From the NCBI GenBank assembly GCA_965222375.1, contig CBDCTZ010000015.1, positions 320,001 through 384,000 on the forward strand: a stretch of DNA of 64,000 nucleotides, given 5' to 3'. How positions within the stretch are numbered: position 1 is the stretch's first letter; each line of letters starts with the position of its first letter. The position numbers were made by a program, and so were the translations under genes. This document shows positions 1-9,365 of this stretch, one piece after another. The stretch is from Polyangiaceae bacterium. Lineage in GTDB: Bacteria > Myxococcota_A > Polyangia > Polyangiales > Polyangiaceae. The notes under the pieces are model-generated. The model searched no databases. It was not told the origin of the DNA and saw nothing but the letters and a program-made list of their open reading frames with translations.

Positions 1-1
1 C

Positions 2-211
2 TTGTTGGTGAGCGCTGGGCTGAAGCGCTACTTCGCAGACAGCGGCATCCTGAAGGTCACTGCGCTCGGAGCCAGCAACATCCGGTTCGCGGGTGAGCTA
101 AAGAACGTGAAGCTGGTAGAGGTCACCATCGACGGCTCGACGTTCAAAAGCACGCCGGTTCCGGGCGGCGAATGTCTGACCATCTCGTCAGCGACTTTTG
201 ACACTCGATGA
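2..211 (+). CDS. 3' end of a hypothetical protein, truncated by the window edge
   Basis: Open frame from the window start to TGA at 209-211 with protein-like composition; no recognisable motif. Confidence 0.6.
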   Translation: MLVSAGLKRYFADSGILKVTALGASNIRFAGELKNVKLVEVTIDGSTFKSTPVPGGECLTISSATFDTR

Positions 212-309
212 GCCCGGCTACGCAGAGCGGAACTCCGCACCACCGGCCCCTGCGCGAGATTAGGGCAGCTACGCGCGCCAGGTCCGCGACTCCAAAAAAA
301 CCAAAGGCT

Positions 310-1704
310 TCAACCTAGGACTTCTAGGGCGTAGTCGTGGGGGTTGCTGCCGCTGACTCGAACTACGAGCAACTTGCCAGGCTCGAAGTTGCTGCGCATG
401 ACCTCGATGATGTTCGTTTCGATACTGGAGTAGTAGGCGGGGGCGTCGTCGGGAGTGATCAGCAGGTCGAGCTTCACCTCGATGCTCTCGCCCTGAGCCC
501 CACCGATCTTCGTCTGGCCGAGTATGTGAGCGGCATAGGCCTTCCCGCGGGCACGCTGGTTGGACGTCTTTCTGGCAGAGATGAGTGACATCAACCCGAT
601 CGGAGTGAGCAGCACACCGAGGGCTCCGCCACCGAGAATGGACGCCGAGAAGCCCATCGCGGAGCAGTCCTGGCCCAGGTCCAGCAGCGCCATCGCGACC
701 GGCATGCCGATCCCCGTTGCGGCCCAGATCAGCGAGTAGACTCCCATGATCAACAACAAGATGCCAGCCAGGGTGCTGCCCTCGACCTGCGATGGATCCA
801 AGTTGCCGATGCGCCGCTCCGCTTCCGGTTCGCTCTTGGGACACAGCCGCCAACTTGCGTGCGAAGCGATGAAGCGTTGAGTGCGACGACGGGCCAAAGG
901 GCCCAGGTCGCGTTTGACGGAGGTGAGAGCATCCACAGCAACGGCCTGTTGGTCCATCTGCTCCCAAGCGTTGGCGCACAGCACGGCGCATTCCGGTGCG
1001 TAGGCGTGGCTCAGAGGAATGTCCGCGCCCGCTCCCAGCGTCGCCACCACCGAACGGTAGTCACGACGTGCGGTCGCCAAGTAGGCACTCGCGAATCGGT
1101 ACGCCGTGTCGGCCAGGAGATCTTCGCTCTTGGGGTCGCAGGTGGCGAGCCACGCCTGCGCGGCCGCCATGTCTCCGGCTCTCAACGCACTACGCGCGAG
1201 TTGTGCGCGCATGACTTGTTGGTGCTTGGCCTCCGGCGTCACCGCCAGCGCGCTATCCACCAGAGCGCGCTGCCCCAGGAGGTCCCCGCGATCAAAGGCC
1301 AGCTCTGCGAGTCCAATGCTCAGAGCCACGAGCCGCTGCGCAGCGGCGGGATCCGCATGCTGACGCAAGTGATTGCGCAGGCCCTGCCACTGCGCGCGCG
1401 CTTGGGCCTCCAAGGTCGGAGCGATGCGCTCACCGATAAAAAAAGACGCAATATCCTGGGGAGGCAGATAGCGGCGCTCTTGCCCCGCCAAGATCTCCAA
1501 GCGTTCGCTCTCACTGCGCGCACGGGGTGGCACCGCGGCGGCTTCGCTGCGCATGCGCACTTCGACGGGCGCGCGGCAATAGCCGCAAGTCGCGCTCCCG
1601 GCGTCCTTGGCGATCTCTACCGGCGCGCCGCATTGGTCGCACAGCAGGTAGCGACGCGCTTGCTCGAACGCCTGGGTCGGACTTGCGGATTGACCAGCGT
1701 GCAT
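310..1704 (-). CDS. Membrane protein: N-terminal zinc ribbon, TPR-like helical region, TM hairpin, C-terminal DUF3592-like domain (paralogue of 1707-3047)
   Basis: ATG at 1704, 2 bp after the upstream stop; CDQCG...CGYC; shared motif WLATCDPKSEDLLADTAYR; two hydrophobic helices near the C-terminus. Confidence 0.75.
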   Translation of the reverse strand: MHAGQSASPTQAFEQARRYLLCDQCGAPVEIAKDAGSATCGYCRAPVEVRMRSEAAAVPPRARSESERLEILAGQERRYLPPQDIASFFIGERIAPTLEAQARAQWQGLRNHLRQHADPAAAQRLVALSIGLAELAFDRGDLLGQRALVDSALAVTPEAKHQQVMRAQLARSALRAGDMAAAQAWLATCDPKSEDLLADTAYRFASAYLATARRDYRSVVATLGAGADIPLSHAYAPECAVLCANAWEQMDQQAVAVDALTSVKRDLGPLARRRTQRFIASHASWRLCPKSEPEAERRIGNLDPSQVEGSTLAGILLLIMGVYSLIWAATGIGMPVAMALLDLGQDCSAMGFSASILGGGALGVLLTPIGLMSLISARKTSNQRARGKAYAAHILGQTKIGGAQGESIEVKLDLLITPDDAPAYYSSIETNIIEVMRSNFEPGKLLVVRVSGSNPHDYALEVLG

Positions 1705-1706
1705 GC

Positions 1707-3047
1707 TCAATCCAACTCGATCTGTACCGCGCCGCGGTTGTCCGGGTCCATGCGCACGACGACCAAAGCTCCCGGCATGAAGCGGTGGCGCATTTCGGTG
1801 TCCGCGTGGAACATACTGTGCGCAAGAAACGGAGCTCCGTGCTGCGGCAGCACCAGCACGCGGTAGAGGAGCTGCGGCACTCCCATGGTCGCCTGCCCCG
1901 TGCCTCGTGCGTGCACAATCCGTGCGGGAGCGGGAATGCCGCTCTCGCGTAGGCGACGCGCGTGCGCCGTCTTGCGATAGTCGACGATGCCAACGACGCC
2001 GAAAACCGTACCGAGCAGGCCACCCAGGCCAAGGGCGAAGTGACCTCCACCCCATACGCCAAACGCGATCAGTATCAAGCCGACGACAAGCCCGATCCCG
2101 CCGCTGACAACCGCCGCACCGATGGCAAACCAGGCCGCCCCGGCGGCCTTGCCGGCAACGCGAATGCCGCGATCTCGCTGCTGCTCATCGGCGAGATCCG
2201 CGCTCCGCGGGCAGAGACCCGCGTTGCTAGCAATGAACTGCGCGCACAGGTAGCGCTCGAAGGGCGAGCTATTCTGGTTGAAGGCGTCGAGGGCGGCTAC
2301 GGCCAGGTCGACCCGCCCCAAGTTCTCGAAGGCGTTTGCCTGCAACGCGACGCAGAGGCCTTCGTACTCGTTGTAAAAGGGTACACTGCCCGGGGCACGC
2401 CCGAGCACCGCCAGCACGGCATCGTGGCGTCGCTGCGCCGTGTCGATGCTTGCCCGCGCCAGCCGATACGCGGTGTCCGCGCGCAGCTCAATCGAGGTTG
2501 GGTCGCACAGCCCGAGCCAAGACTCCGCCGCCTGCAAGTCACCAGCACGGCAAGCACTTCGGCACAGCGCGCCGCACAACATCTGGCGAAAGACGGGCTC
2601 TTGGGTCGCGTCCAGGGCGGCTTCCAACAAGCTGCGCGCTCGGAGCGGATCACCTTCGTCCTCGAAGTGGTCGGCAAGAGCCACGCTCAGACGATGCAGC
2701 AGGCGCTCGACTTGGTAGTCGTGGTTGCCGTCGGCTTCTACGCGCGCCGTCTTCCAACGCGCCAGGGCGTCACCCATCTTCCAGGGCAAGAGTTCGAGCC
2801 CCGCGAACAGATGCTCGACGGCTTTGGGTGGACGCACGCTGCCGCGGTCGGCTTGGCGCAGTCGCTCCAAGCGCTCTGCCTCAGGCATGGCCGCGGACCG
2901 CGTTACCGCTCGCGACGCCGCCTCTGCGTCCTGCGAGCCGCCGCAGTGGCTGCAGTCTTGTCGACCACCCGCCTCGCCCACGGCAATGGGCGCCCCACAG
3001 GCGTTGCAAGTAACGACGCGGATTTCGAAGGAAAAGACGGTCTTCAC
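1707..3047 (-). CDS. Membrane protein: zinc ribbon, TPR-like region, TM hairpin, DUF3592-like domain (paralogue of 310-1704)
   Basis: Probable GTG start at 3047; CNACG...CSHC; WLGLCDPTSIELRADTAYR; two TM segments; C-terminal PGALVVVRMDP. Confidence 0.75.
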   Translation of the reverse strand: MKTVFSFEIRVVTCNACGAPIAVGEAGGRQDCSHCGGSQDAEAASRAVTRSAAMPEAERLERLRQADRGSVRPPKAVEHLFAGLELLPWKMGDALARWKTARVEADGNHDYQVERLLHRLSVALADHFEDEGDPLRARSLLEAALDATQEPVFRQMLCGALCRSACRAGDLQAAESWLGLCDPTSIELRADTAYRLARASIDTAQRRHDAVLAVLGRAPGSVPFYNEYEGLCVALQANAFENLGRVDLAVAALDAFNQNSSPFERYLCAQFIASNAGLCPRSADLADEQQRDRGIRVAGKAAGAAWFAIGAAVVSGGIGLVVGLILIAFGVWGGGHFALGLGGLLGTVFGVVGIVDYRKTAHARRLRESGIPAPARIVHARGTGQATMGVPQLLYRVLVLPQHGAPFLAHSMFHADTEMRHRFMPGALVVVRMDPDNRGAVQIELD

Positions 3048-3183
3048 GTCGCCCCGCCCGGACGCTAGCGCAGTCGCGCTCCGTTCAAAACCCGAGCTGG
3101 AGCACCGAGCCAGCCGCTCGGGCCGGCGGATTGCCCAGCCGCCGCGAACGTGCCATGACTTTTCAGCTTTCTTGGAGGGACCA

Positions 3184-3918
3184 ATGGACGCGCGACACGT
3201 TGCGGGGGCAGTTTTTTCGGCGGCAACCTTGTTTTTGGGTTGTGGCGGTTCGTCGACCATCGAAGGCACTGGGGGCTCCGGCGCTCAGGCCGGCAGCGGT
3301 GCGTTCAGCGGCGGCGGCGGCTCCGGCGCAGGTGGGGGCAACGGTGGCAGCGGAGCCTTCGGCGCCAATGGCGGCACCGGAGCCGGGGCGGGCAATGGCG
3401 GCACGGGCGCCGGGGCGGGCAATGGCGGCACGGGTGCGGGCGGCGGCAGCGGCGGTTCGATCCCGCTGACGGAGATCGAAAAAGTCTGCGCACAGATTGA
3501 CAAGCTGCCCTGCAAGGTCGATCAGTGCGTCGCCGAAGCCACGGCGAGCGCCGCTGAGGCCCTCAAGAACGGCTGTAGCGGCGAGTTCAAGGCGCTGCTC
3601 GACTGCACCCTGGCCAACCCGTGGCTCTGCGTCGCTGGCAAAGACGACCCCCAGGTCAACAAGGCCTGCGAGGCGGCCTTGGACGCCTTCTCCACATGTA
3701 TGTCTCCAAGCGATTGCATCAGCGGAGGCAGCAGTGCCGGCGATTGCAACATCAGCTGTTCCGGACCTAACGGCTATGGCGCCGAGTGCAAGCCCTCGCC
3801 CAATGGCACGCTCACGTGTCGCTGCACCCAGGGCCCCTTCGTTGGAAAGTCATTCAGCGTCCTCGGCACCTGTTCCCAAGACTGGACCGACGAAGCCGAA
3901 AAGCAGTGCGCCCCGTGA
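3184..3918 (+). CDS. Lipoprotein with Gly-rich linker and Cys-rich C-terminal domain
   Basis: GGAGG RBS before ATG 3184; lipobox LFLGC; NGGTGAGAG repeats; many Cys. Confidence 0.8.
   Translation: MDARHVAGAVFSAATLFLGCGGSSTIEGTGGSGAQAGSGAFSGGGGSGAGGGNGGSGAFGANGGTGAGAGNGGTGAGAGNGGTGAGGGSGGSIPLTEIEKVCAQIDKLPCKVDQCVAEATASAAEALKNGCSGEFKALLDCTLANPWLCVAGKDDPQVNKACEAALDAFSTCMSPSDCISGGSSAGDCNISCSGPNGYGAECKPSPNGTLTCRCTQGPFVGKSFSVLGTCSQDWTDEAEKQCAP
3367..3441 (+). repeat. Coding tandem repeat, about 27-bp unit (NGGTGAGAG) x about 3
   Basis: aatggcggcac(c/g)gg.gccggggcgggc repeated. Confidence 0.75.
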
Positions 3919-4262
3919 GCGAGCTGTTTGATCGCGCACGACGGCACGACGCCCGGGATGCACTTTTCGGCGGCAAAGCCGTGGTGCGAGTCTGGAACCT
4001 GGACGCTGCGCCCCTGCCCCCCTTCACCGCCACGCTAGCTTGCGAGTTGGAAGCCGGGGGCAGCGTCGGGCGGCATGTGCAAGAAGAGTACGCCGAGATC
4101 GTGTTGGGGCTTTCCGGCGACGGCCAAGCCTCGGTCAACGGTGAGCCCCAACCCCTTCGGGCTGGCGCGGTCGTGCAGTTGCCCCTGGGCTCCGTTCTTT
4201 CGATCGACAACAACTCGGCTTCCAAGCCGCTGCGCTACCTGATCATCAAAGCGCGGGGCTGA
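3915..4262 (+). CDS. Cupin domain protein
   Basis: GTGA overlap with upstream stop; cupin-like motifs GSVGRHVQEEYAEIVLGLSGDG and LRAGAVVQLPLG...IDN. Confidence 0.75.
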   Translation: MSELFDRARRHDARDALFGGKAVVRVWNLDAAPLPPFTATLACELEAGGSVGRHVQEEYAEIVLGLSGDGQASVNGEPQPLRAGAVVQLPLGSVLSIDNNSASKPLRYLIIKARG

Positions 4263-4320
4263 GGGGCGCGCGGTTCACCCGCCTCGTCCCGCGGACCCAG
4301 GCGACCACTCCCTGTTTCTC

Positions 4321-4881
4321 TCAACGCCCCATTCGATAAAACGTCGCGCCCGAAGCGTTTAGAGGCGTCGGTGCGTTCTTCAGCGCGCGACCCATGGCCT
4401 CGACGGCCTCGGTGTCGACGTACAACCCCGGCCCCCAACCCTCGGTCTCTTCGTCCCGGCGCGAAGCCGCATCGGCATACAGGGCTTTCCGAAACGGCTC
4501 GCTGGCATGCGCCACTCGCACCAGCCCGCCCTTGTCGAAAGGGTCCAATTCCACGATGCCATCCTCTTCGTCGATCCAGCGCCCACCGAAGGTGAGGACG
4601 GCCGTGGTTTCGAAGTTGCGACCCTTCAGCCGCGCGCGGGTCATCTTCAACCACACGATCGGATCTTCTTCCTGACGATCGTCGGCCATCTCCACGTAGA
4701 CGGCATGACCCAGATCAACTGCGTGTAGGTCCGTGCCCAGGGGGAACTGTTTGACGCAGTCTCTGAGCAGCCTCGAAAACTCGGTCAGGCGCTCCACGAA
4801 GGGATCGCGTTCCAACGCGTATTCTTCATTTTCTACGTCGTAGTAGCTGAGAAAGAGCCCGTAAGCGTTTTCGTCAATCAT
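4321..4881 (-). CDS. Hypothetical acidic protein
   Basis: ATG at 4881 (MIDENAYG); 186 aa with ordinary protein composition; no motif recognised. Confidence 0.7.
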   Translation of the reverse strand: MIDENAYGLFLSYYDVENEEYALERDPFVERLTEFSRLLRDCVKQFPLGTDLHAVDLGHAVYVEMADDRQEEDPIVWLKMTRARLKGRNFETTAVLTFGGRWIDEEDGIVELDPFDKGGLVRVAHASEPFRKALYADAASRRDEETEGWGPGLYVDTEAVEAMGRALKNAPTPLNASGATFYRMGR

Positions 4882-5007
4882 CGCGAGGGGCGGAACTGTA
4901 CACGAGATGGCCAAGCCCTTGTGCCACTGCGTGCCAGGCTGAGCACAGGCGACTTCACCGTCAGAGCGGGTCGACGGTTGCGCCGGAAAAGCGTGGCCAG
5001 AGTGTCT

Positions 5008-5023
5008 TGGCACGCCCGATGCT
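5008..5023 (+). promoter_or_regulatory. Putative sigma-54 -24/-12 promoter
   Basis: TGGCACG-CCCG-ATGCT versus consensus TGGCACG-N4-TTGCW; GG-N10-GC spacing; 15 nt upstream of ATG 5037. Confidence 0.55.
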
Positions 5024-5036
5024 CAAGGGTCCCTGC

Positions 5037-6638
5037 ATGATGAATAAGCTCGCAGTCTTTGGTGGTTCCGTCGCACTCGTCATCGGCTTTCTCGCAGGCT
5101 GCGGCAGCTCGGATGACGCCGCCTCGGTCGCCGCACACGGCACCGGCGGCAACAACAACACCGCGGGCGGCGGGGCCAGCCTGGGAACAGGCGGATACTA
5201 CTCCGGGATGGGCGGCTCTGGCGCCTATGGATACGGTGGATCTGCGGGCAGCGGCTACGGAGCTGGCAGCAACAGCAATCGCCCCGGCGAGGGCGCGCCG
5301 GACGCGGGCCCGGATGCAGCAAGTGACAGCGGCGCCGACGCCTGCGCAGCGCTCGACAACACCAAGGACGCGGTCTTCTTCATCTCTGCAGACGACTCGA
5401 ACTCCATGGCGTCCCCGGCCATTGCGCGCAGCCTGCTCCAGAGGAACATCCAGGTTCCGGGCAATCTGATTCGAACCTACGAGTTCCTGAACTACTACAA
5501 CGTCGGCTACGCGCCGGCAGCAGGCGGCACCCTATCGATTGTGCCCGAGCTGAAGAAGGGTGATGCCGAAGGCAACTTCGACCTGACCATCGGCGTCGCT
5601 TCCCCGGCAGCCCCTGCGGCGCGCCGCCCCATGGTGCTCACGCTCGTCTTGGACACCTCCGGTTCCATGAACGGCAACCCCATTGCGATGGAGCGCGAGG
5701 TCGTCAAAGTGCTCGCCGGGGAGCTGCAGCAAGGCGACAAGGTCAGCATGGTCACCTGGAGCACTTCTCAGGCGATCGTGCTCGACTCCTACGTAGCCAA
5801 GGGCCCCAACGACCCCAAGCTGATCAGCATCGCCAACGGCCTCACCTCCGGAGGCGGAACGAACCTCTCGGCCGGCCTGGACAAGGGCTATGCCCTTGCC
5901 CAGAAGAACTTCGAGGCCACCAAGCTCAACCGCGTCATCGTGATTAGCGACGGTATGGCCAATGTCGGCGTCACGGATGAGAAGATCATCGGGCATGGCG
6001 CCGAGCTGAACGACGGTGACGGTATCTATCTAGTTGGCGTCGGAACCGGCGACGGATTCAACGACACGATGATGGACACAGTGACCGACGCAGGGCGCGG
6101 TGCCTACGTCTACGTCGACAACGCCGCCGAAGCGAAGCGGATGTTCGACACCCGCTTCGACGAAGTCATGGACGTGGCCGCCCGAGGCGTCCAGGTCGAG
6201 CTCCGCCTGCCCTGGTACATGGGCATCCAGAAATTCTACGGCGAAGAGTACTCGACCAATCCGAAGGAGATCGAACCTCAGCATCTGGCGCCGAGTGACG
6301 CCATGGTGTTCAGCCAGAACGTGGGCGCCTGCAACGCTTCGGAGTACTCCGCTGCCGACCCCGTCGAGGTCATCGCGCGCTGGCAGACACCCGTGTCTCA
6401 CCTGGACAAACAGGTCGCAGTGCAGTCGACCTTCGGGGACCTGCTCGCCAAGCAGACCAAGCACCACGACAAGGCAGCAGCCATCATCGCCTACGCCGAA
6501 GCCCTCAAGGATCCCACGACCGCCAAGGACGAGCTGAACGCTGCTCTGAAGCTAGTTGCGGCAGCCGACCCCGCCGGCACGGATCCCGAACTTTCCGAGA
6601 TCAAATCCCTGATTGAAAAGGCTCTCACCCTCTACTGA
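5037..6638 (+). CDS. VWA-domain lipoprotein (YfbK-like)
   Basis: Lipobox FLAGC; Gly-rich linker; MIDAS DTSGSM, GGGTNLSAGL, VIVISDG; RTYEFLNYY. Confidence 0.85.
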   Translation: MMNKLAVFGGSVALVIGFLAGCGSSDDAASVAAHGTGGNNNTAGGGASLGTGGYYSGMGGSGAYGYGGSAGSGYGAGSNSNRPGEGAPDAGPDAASDSGADACAALDNTKDAVFFISADDSNSMASPAIARSLLQRNIQVPGNLIRTYEFLNYYNVGYAPAAGGTLSIVPELKKGDAEGNFDLTIGVASPAAPAARRPMVLTLVLDTSGSMNGNPIAMEREVVKVLAGELQQGDKVSMVTWSTSQAIVLDSYVAKGPNDPKLISIANGLTSGGGTNLSAGLDKGYALAQKNFEATKLNRVIVISDGMANVGVTDEKIIGHGAELNDGDGIYLVGVGTGDGFNDTMMDTVTDAGRGAYVYVDNAAEAKRMFDTRFDEVMDVAARGVQVELRLPWYMGIQKFYGEEYSTNPKEIEPQHLAPSDAMVFSQNVGACNASEYSAADPVEVIARWQTPVSHLDKQVAVQSTFGDLLAKQTKHHDKAAAIIAYAEALKDPTTAKDELNAALKLVAAADPAGTDPELSEIKSLIEKALTLY

Positions 6639-6741
6639 GCCCCGCCCGCGAACAAGGCTGCCGCGCAGCTTTCGATCGCTATCCGTTGGTGTTAGGCATC
6701 TGCGCGTGAAGCTAAATCGTGGGGCTCGGCTGCGGGTGACC

Positions 6742-7770
6742 ATGCTCAAGAGCATGCTGCATGCCATCGTCACCAGCTCGACCACCCGGGGCTGGCTTGC
6801 CAAGCACCGCGGAGCACTGGCCGCCCAGATCGAGCCGGAGCTTGCTGCGATCCTGCGCATGGATGACCTCACCGGCGACTCGGTATTGAACGGCTGCTCT
6901 CCGGAAGAAGCTCGACGCAAGATCGCGATCAGCATCGCCGTCTGTGATCAGCCGCGACCCAAAGACGTCAGCGTGACCGATCTGAACCTGGACGGCCCCG
7001 CCGGGGCTATCCCGGCGCGGCAATATCAGGCCGCGGGTGTGCCCAAGGGCGCTCCCGGAGTCGTCTTCTTTCACGGCGGCGGTTTCGTGACGGGGGATCT
7101 CGACACTCACGACGGCTGGTGCGGGCGCATCGCCGAGCTGGCGCGGGTCCACGTCATTGCGGTGGACTACCGCCTGGCACCCGAGCACCCCTTCCCGGCT
7201 GGAGTCGAGGACGCGGTCGCGGCCTTCCGCGCCGTCGCAAAGCTCGCAGACCAACTCGGCGTGGATCCGGAACGCTTGGCCGTGATGGGGGACAGCGCAG
7301 GCGGCAATCTATCCGCCGTCGTTGCTCGCAAGACCCGACAGGACGCCGTCCCACCGGCGCTGCAGGTCTTGGTCTACCCCGGCACGGACCTCACCTCGTC
7401 CCACCCGTCCCACCGCGCCTTGGGGGTCGGGTGGTTCTTGACCAGCAAGATGATCGATTGGTTCTATGAGCACTACTCCGGCAGTAGCGCGACCGTCGCC
7501 AAGAATCCGGATGCCTCGCCGCTCTTCGCCAAGGACCTCGACGGGCTGTGCCCCGCCCTGGTCTACGTCGCGGGCCTCGACCCCTTGCGTGACGAAGGTC
7601 TGGCCTATGCGAACCGATTGGCCGAAGCTGGCGTCGAGGTCACCCGCTGGGACTTCAAACATCTGATCCACGGCTTCGCGGTCATGACCGCAGCAAGCCC
7701 CGGATCCGCTGAAGCGGTAGTGAAAATTGCCCGGGACCTCGGAACTGCCCTGAAAACCCTCGAAAACTGA
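6742..7770 (+). CDS. Alpha/beta hydrolase, HSL-family esterase/lipase
   Basis: HGGGF oxyanion motif, DYRLAPEHPFPA, GDSAGG nucleophile, DPLRDEG, HGF. Confidence 0.92.
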   Translation: MLKSMLHAIVTSSTTRGWLAKHRGALAAQIEPELAAILRMDDLTGDSVLNGCSPEEARRKIAISIAVCDQPRPKDVSVTDLNLDGPAGAIPARQYQAAGVPKGAPGVVFFHGGGFVTGDLDTHDGWCGRIAELARVHVIAVDYRLAPEHPFPAGVEDAVAAFRAVAKLADQLGVDPERLAVMGDSAGGNLSAVVARKTRQDAVPPALQVLVYPGTDLTSSHPSHRALGVGWFLTSKMIDWFYEHYSGSSATVAKNPDASPLFAKDLDGLCPALVYVAGLDPLRDEGLAYANRLAEAGVEVTRWDFKHLIHGFAVMTAASPGSAEAVVKIARDLGTALKTLEN

Positions 7771-7817
7771 GCCCGGGGAGGCTGGAAGGGTTGCCTTGTG
7801 GCCCGGAGCGAGTCAGG

Positions 7818-8093
7818 ATGCGCGCCGCCATGGGGCTGCTCCCTCTCGTCATCGCCTTCTTCGTCGCAAGCGCTGTCTGCTTGTTGGTCGTCGTATGGCA
7901 GATGGCGCGTCATGAAGACTTCGGCAAAGCGATCTTGGGCCTCATCACCGTGGCCTACGCCTTCCTCTGGGGTTGGCAGAACGCAGAGCGCGTCCGCTTC
8001 AAGACGTACAGCTTGGGCGCAATCATGACTCTGTGGAGTTGGTGTATGGGCACAGCCTTCGCGCTCTACGCCATCATGGGGGACAAGCTCTAA
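7818..8093 (+). CDS. Small membrane protein (about 3 TM)
   Basis: Three hydrophobic segments; start may be 7818 or 7830. Confidence 0.65.
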   Translation: MRAAMGLLPLVIAFFVASAVCLLVVVWQMARHEDFGKAILGLITVAYAFLWGWQNAERVRFKTYSLGAIMTLWSWCMGTAFALYAIMGDKL

Positions 8094-8176
8094 TCCGCGC
8101 CGACCCAGGCGACGCCGGCCCACCGCCGGCCGCATTGCCACTTATTAACTCTCACCCAAACCCAAGGTGGTTTTCG

Positions 8177-8992
8177 ATGTCACTTGTACGCTTTGCCGCA
8201 GTCTCCTTTGTCGTAGCCCTCGCCGTGCCTCTCGCTGGCGGCTGCTCCGCTTCTTCTGACGATGATGGCGTCGGTGGCACCGGCGCCGGAAGCAGCACCG
8301 GCGGAAGCAGCAGCGGCGGCTTTGGTGGCTTCGGAACCGGCGGCACCAACACCGGCGGCTTCGGCGCAACAGGCACCGGCGGCAGCACGGGTGGCGGCAC
8401 GAGCACAGGTGGAGCCGCCGGCTCGGCGGGTTCTGGCACGGGCGGGTCCGGCGCGGAGACCGGAGAAGACGGCGGCGCCACCGGCGGCAGCTCCGGCACC
8501 GGCGCTACGTCGGGCACGGGCGGTACCGCCACAGGCGGAACCGGCGCTGGCGGAACCGGCGGTGGCTCGAGCGGCAGCGGTGGCAGTGGCACCGGTGGCT
8601 TCGGCGGCGGCACCAAGGGCTGCGCCGGCGAGAAGGTCGCGGGCTGGACCATCGGCGGCACCTGCTACTACATGGCCGACAAAGCTGGGCAGCCGCACGC
8701 CGCAGCGAAAGCAAAGTGCACGGCGATTGGTACGGGTTGGGACCTGTGCACCTCTGCGCAGCTCTGCGACGACGCGGTCTTCACCTACCTCGGCACCGCG
8801 GGTTGCGACTGCAACGGTGGCGCCGCGGCCTGCGCCTGCGGCACGTCCAAGAACCTGTACATCCAGGTCAAAGACAACCCCTCCGCGCCGTACTACATCC
8901 GCACGAAGAACACGCCGAACTGCGACTGGTCCGGTGACGCCTGCACGGATTCCGTCTCGGAGACCTGCGGCGCCGCCCTCTGTTGCAAGTAA
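8177..8992 (+). CDS. Lipoprotein with Gly/Thr-rich linker and Cys-rich (C-type-lectin-like) domain
   Basis: Lipobox LAGGC-SASSDDD; long G/T/S linker; GGTCYYM...AAAKAKC...GWDLC pattern. Confidence 0.8.
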   Translation: MSLVRFAAVSFVVALAVPLAGGCSASSDDDGVGGTGAGSSTGGSSSGGFGGFGTGGTNTGGFGATGTGGSTGGGTSTGGAAGSAGSGTGGSGAETGEDGGATGGSSGTGATSGTGGTATGGTGAGGTGGGSSGSGGSGTGGFGGGTKGCAGEKVAGWTIGGTCYYMADKAGQPHAAAKAKCTAIGTGWDLCTSAQLCDDAVFTYLGTAGCDCNGGAAACACGTSKNLYIQVKDNPSAPYYIRTKNTPNCDWSGDACTDSVSETCGAALCCK

Positions 8993-9008
8993 GCCTGCGT
9001 GGCGAAGC

Positions 9009-9049
9009 GAGGCCTCAGCGCTTGGCGGCGCTGGGGCCTCAGTCTTTTT
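9009..9049 (+). terminator. Rho-independent terminator
   Basis: GAGGCCTCAGCGC / GCGCTGGGGCCTC stem followed by a T-run, just after the 8992 stop. Confidence 0.75.
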
Positions 9050-9210
9050 GTAAACGCCGCCTATGGAGGTTGGGGTTGGGGTCGGTTCACTGTTCGCCTT
9101 GGGCCACTACTCCCGCGGTGGGCCGCGGTGAGCAAGCTCGAGCCGCACGGTGACTCGTGGCCGGGCGGCGCGCACTTTCGCTCAAAACGCGCAACCCGTA
9201 GCCCGTTTGG

Positions 9211-9251
9211 TCCGACACAGTGCCCACCCCATGGGGGTGGGCGCAATTTGG
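9211..9251. repeat. Palindromic extragenic repeat, copy 1 (REP/MITE-like)
   Basis: tccgacacagtgcccaccccatgggggtgggcgcaatttgg; near-identical to 10695-10734. Confidence 0.7.
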
Positions 9252-9365
9252 AAAATGCGCCTCCGCGTACTGCCGGTCGCGTCCAGGCTACCGAGAGGCA
9301 GGTGCCCCGTCATTCGCGCAAGCTCTGTAATCGCGCCGGCAGCGCGGGCACGCTAGTTTCAAGCC

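Noticed and set aside
859..3068. Long antisense ORFs (859-1866, 1962-3068; likewise 24636-26117 and 35244-36242)
   Set aside because: Shadow frames of real opposite-strand genes, expected at high GC
9346..9361. GGGCACG-CTAG-TTTC as a fourth sigma-54 promoter
   Set aside because: The -12 GC is not conserved and the start site would fall inside the CDS
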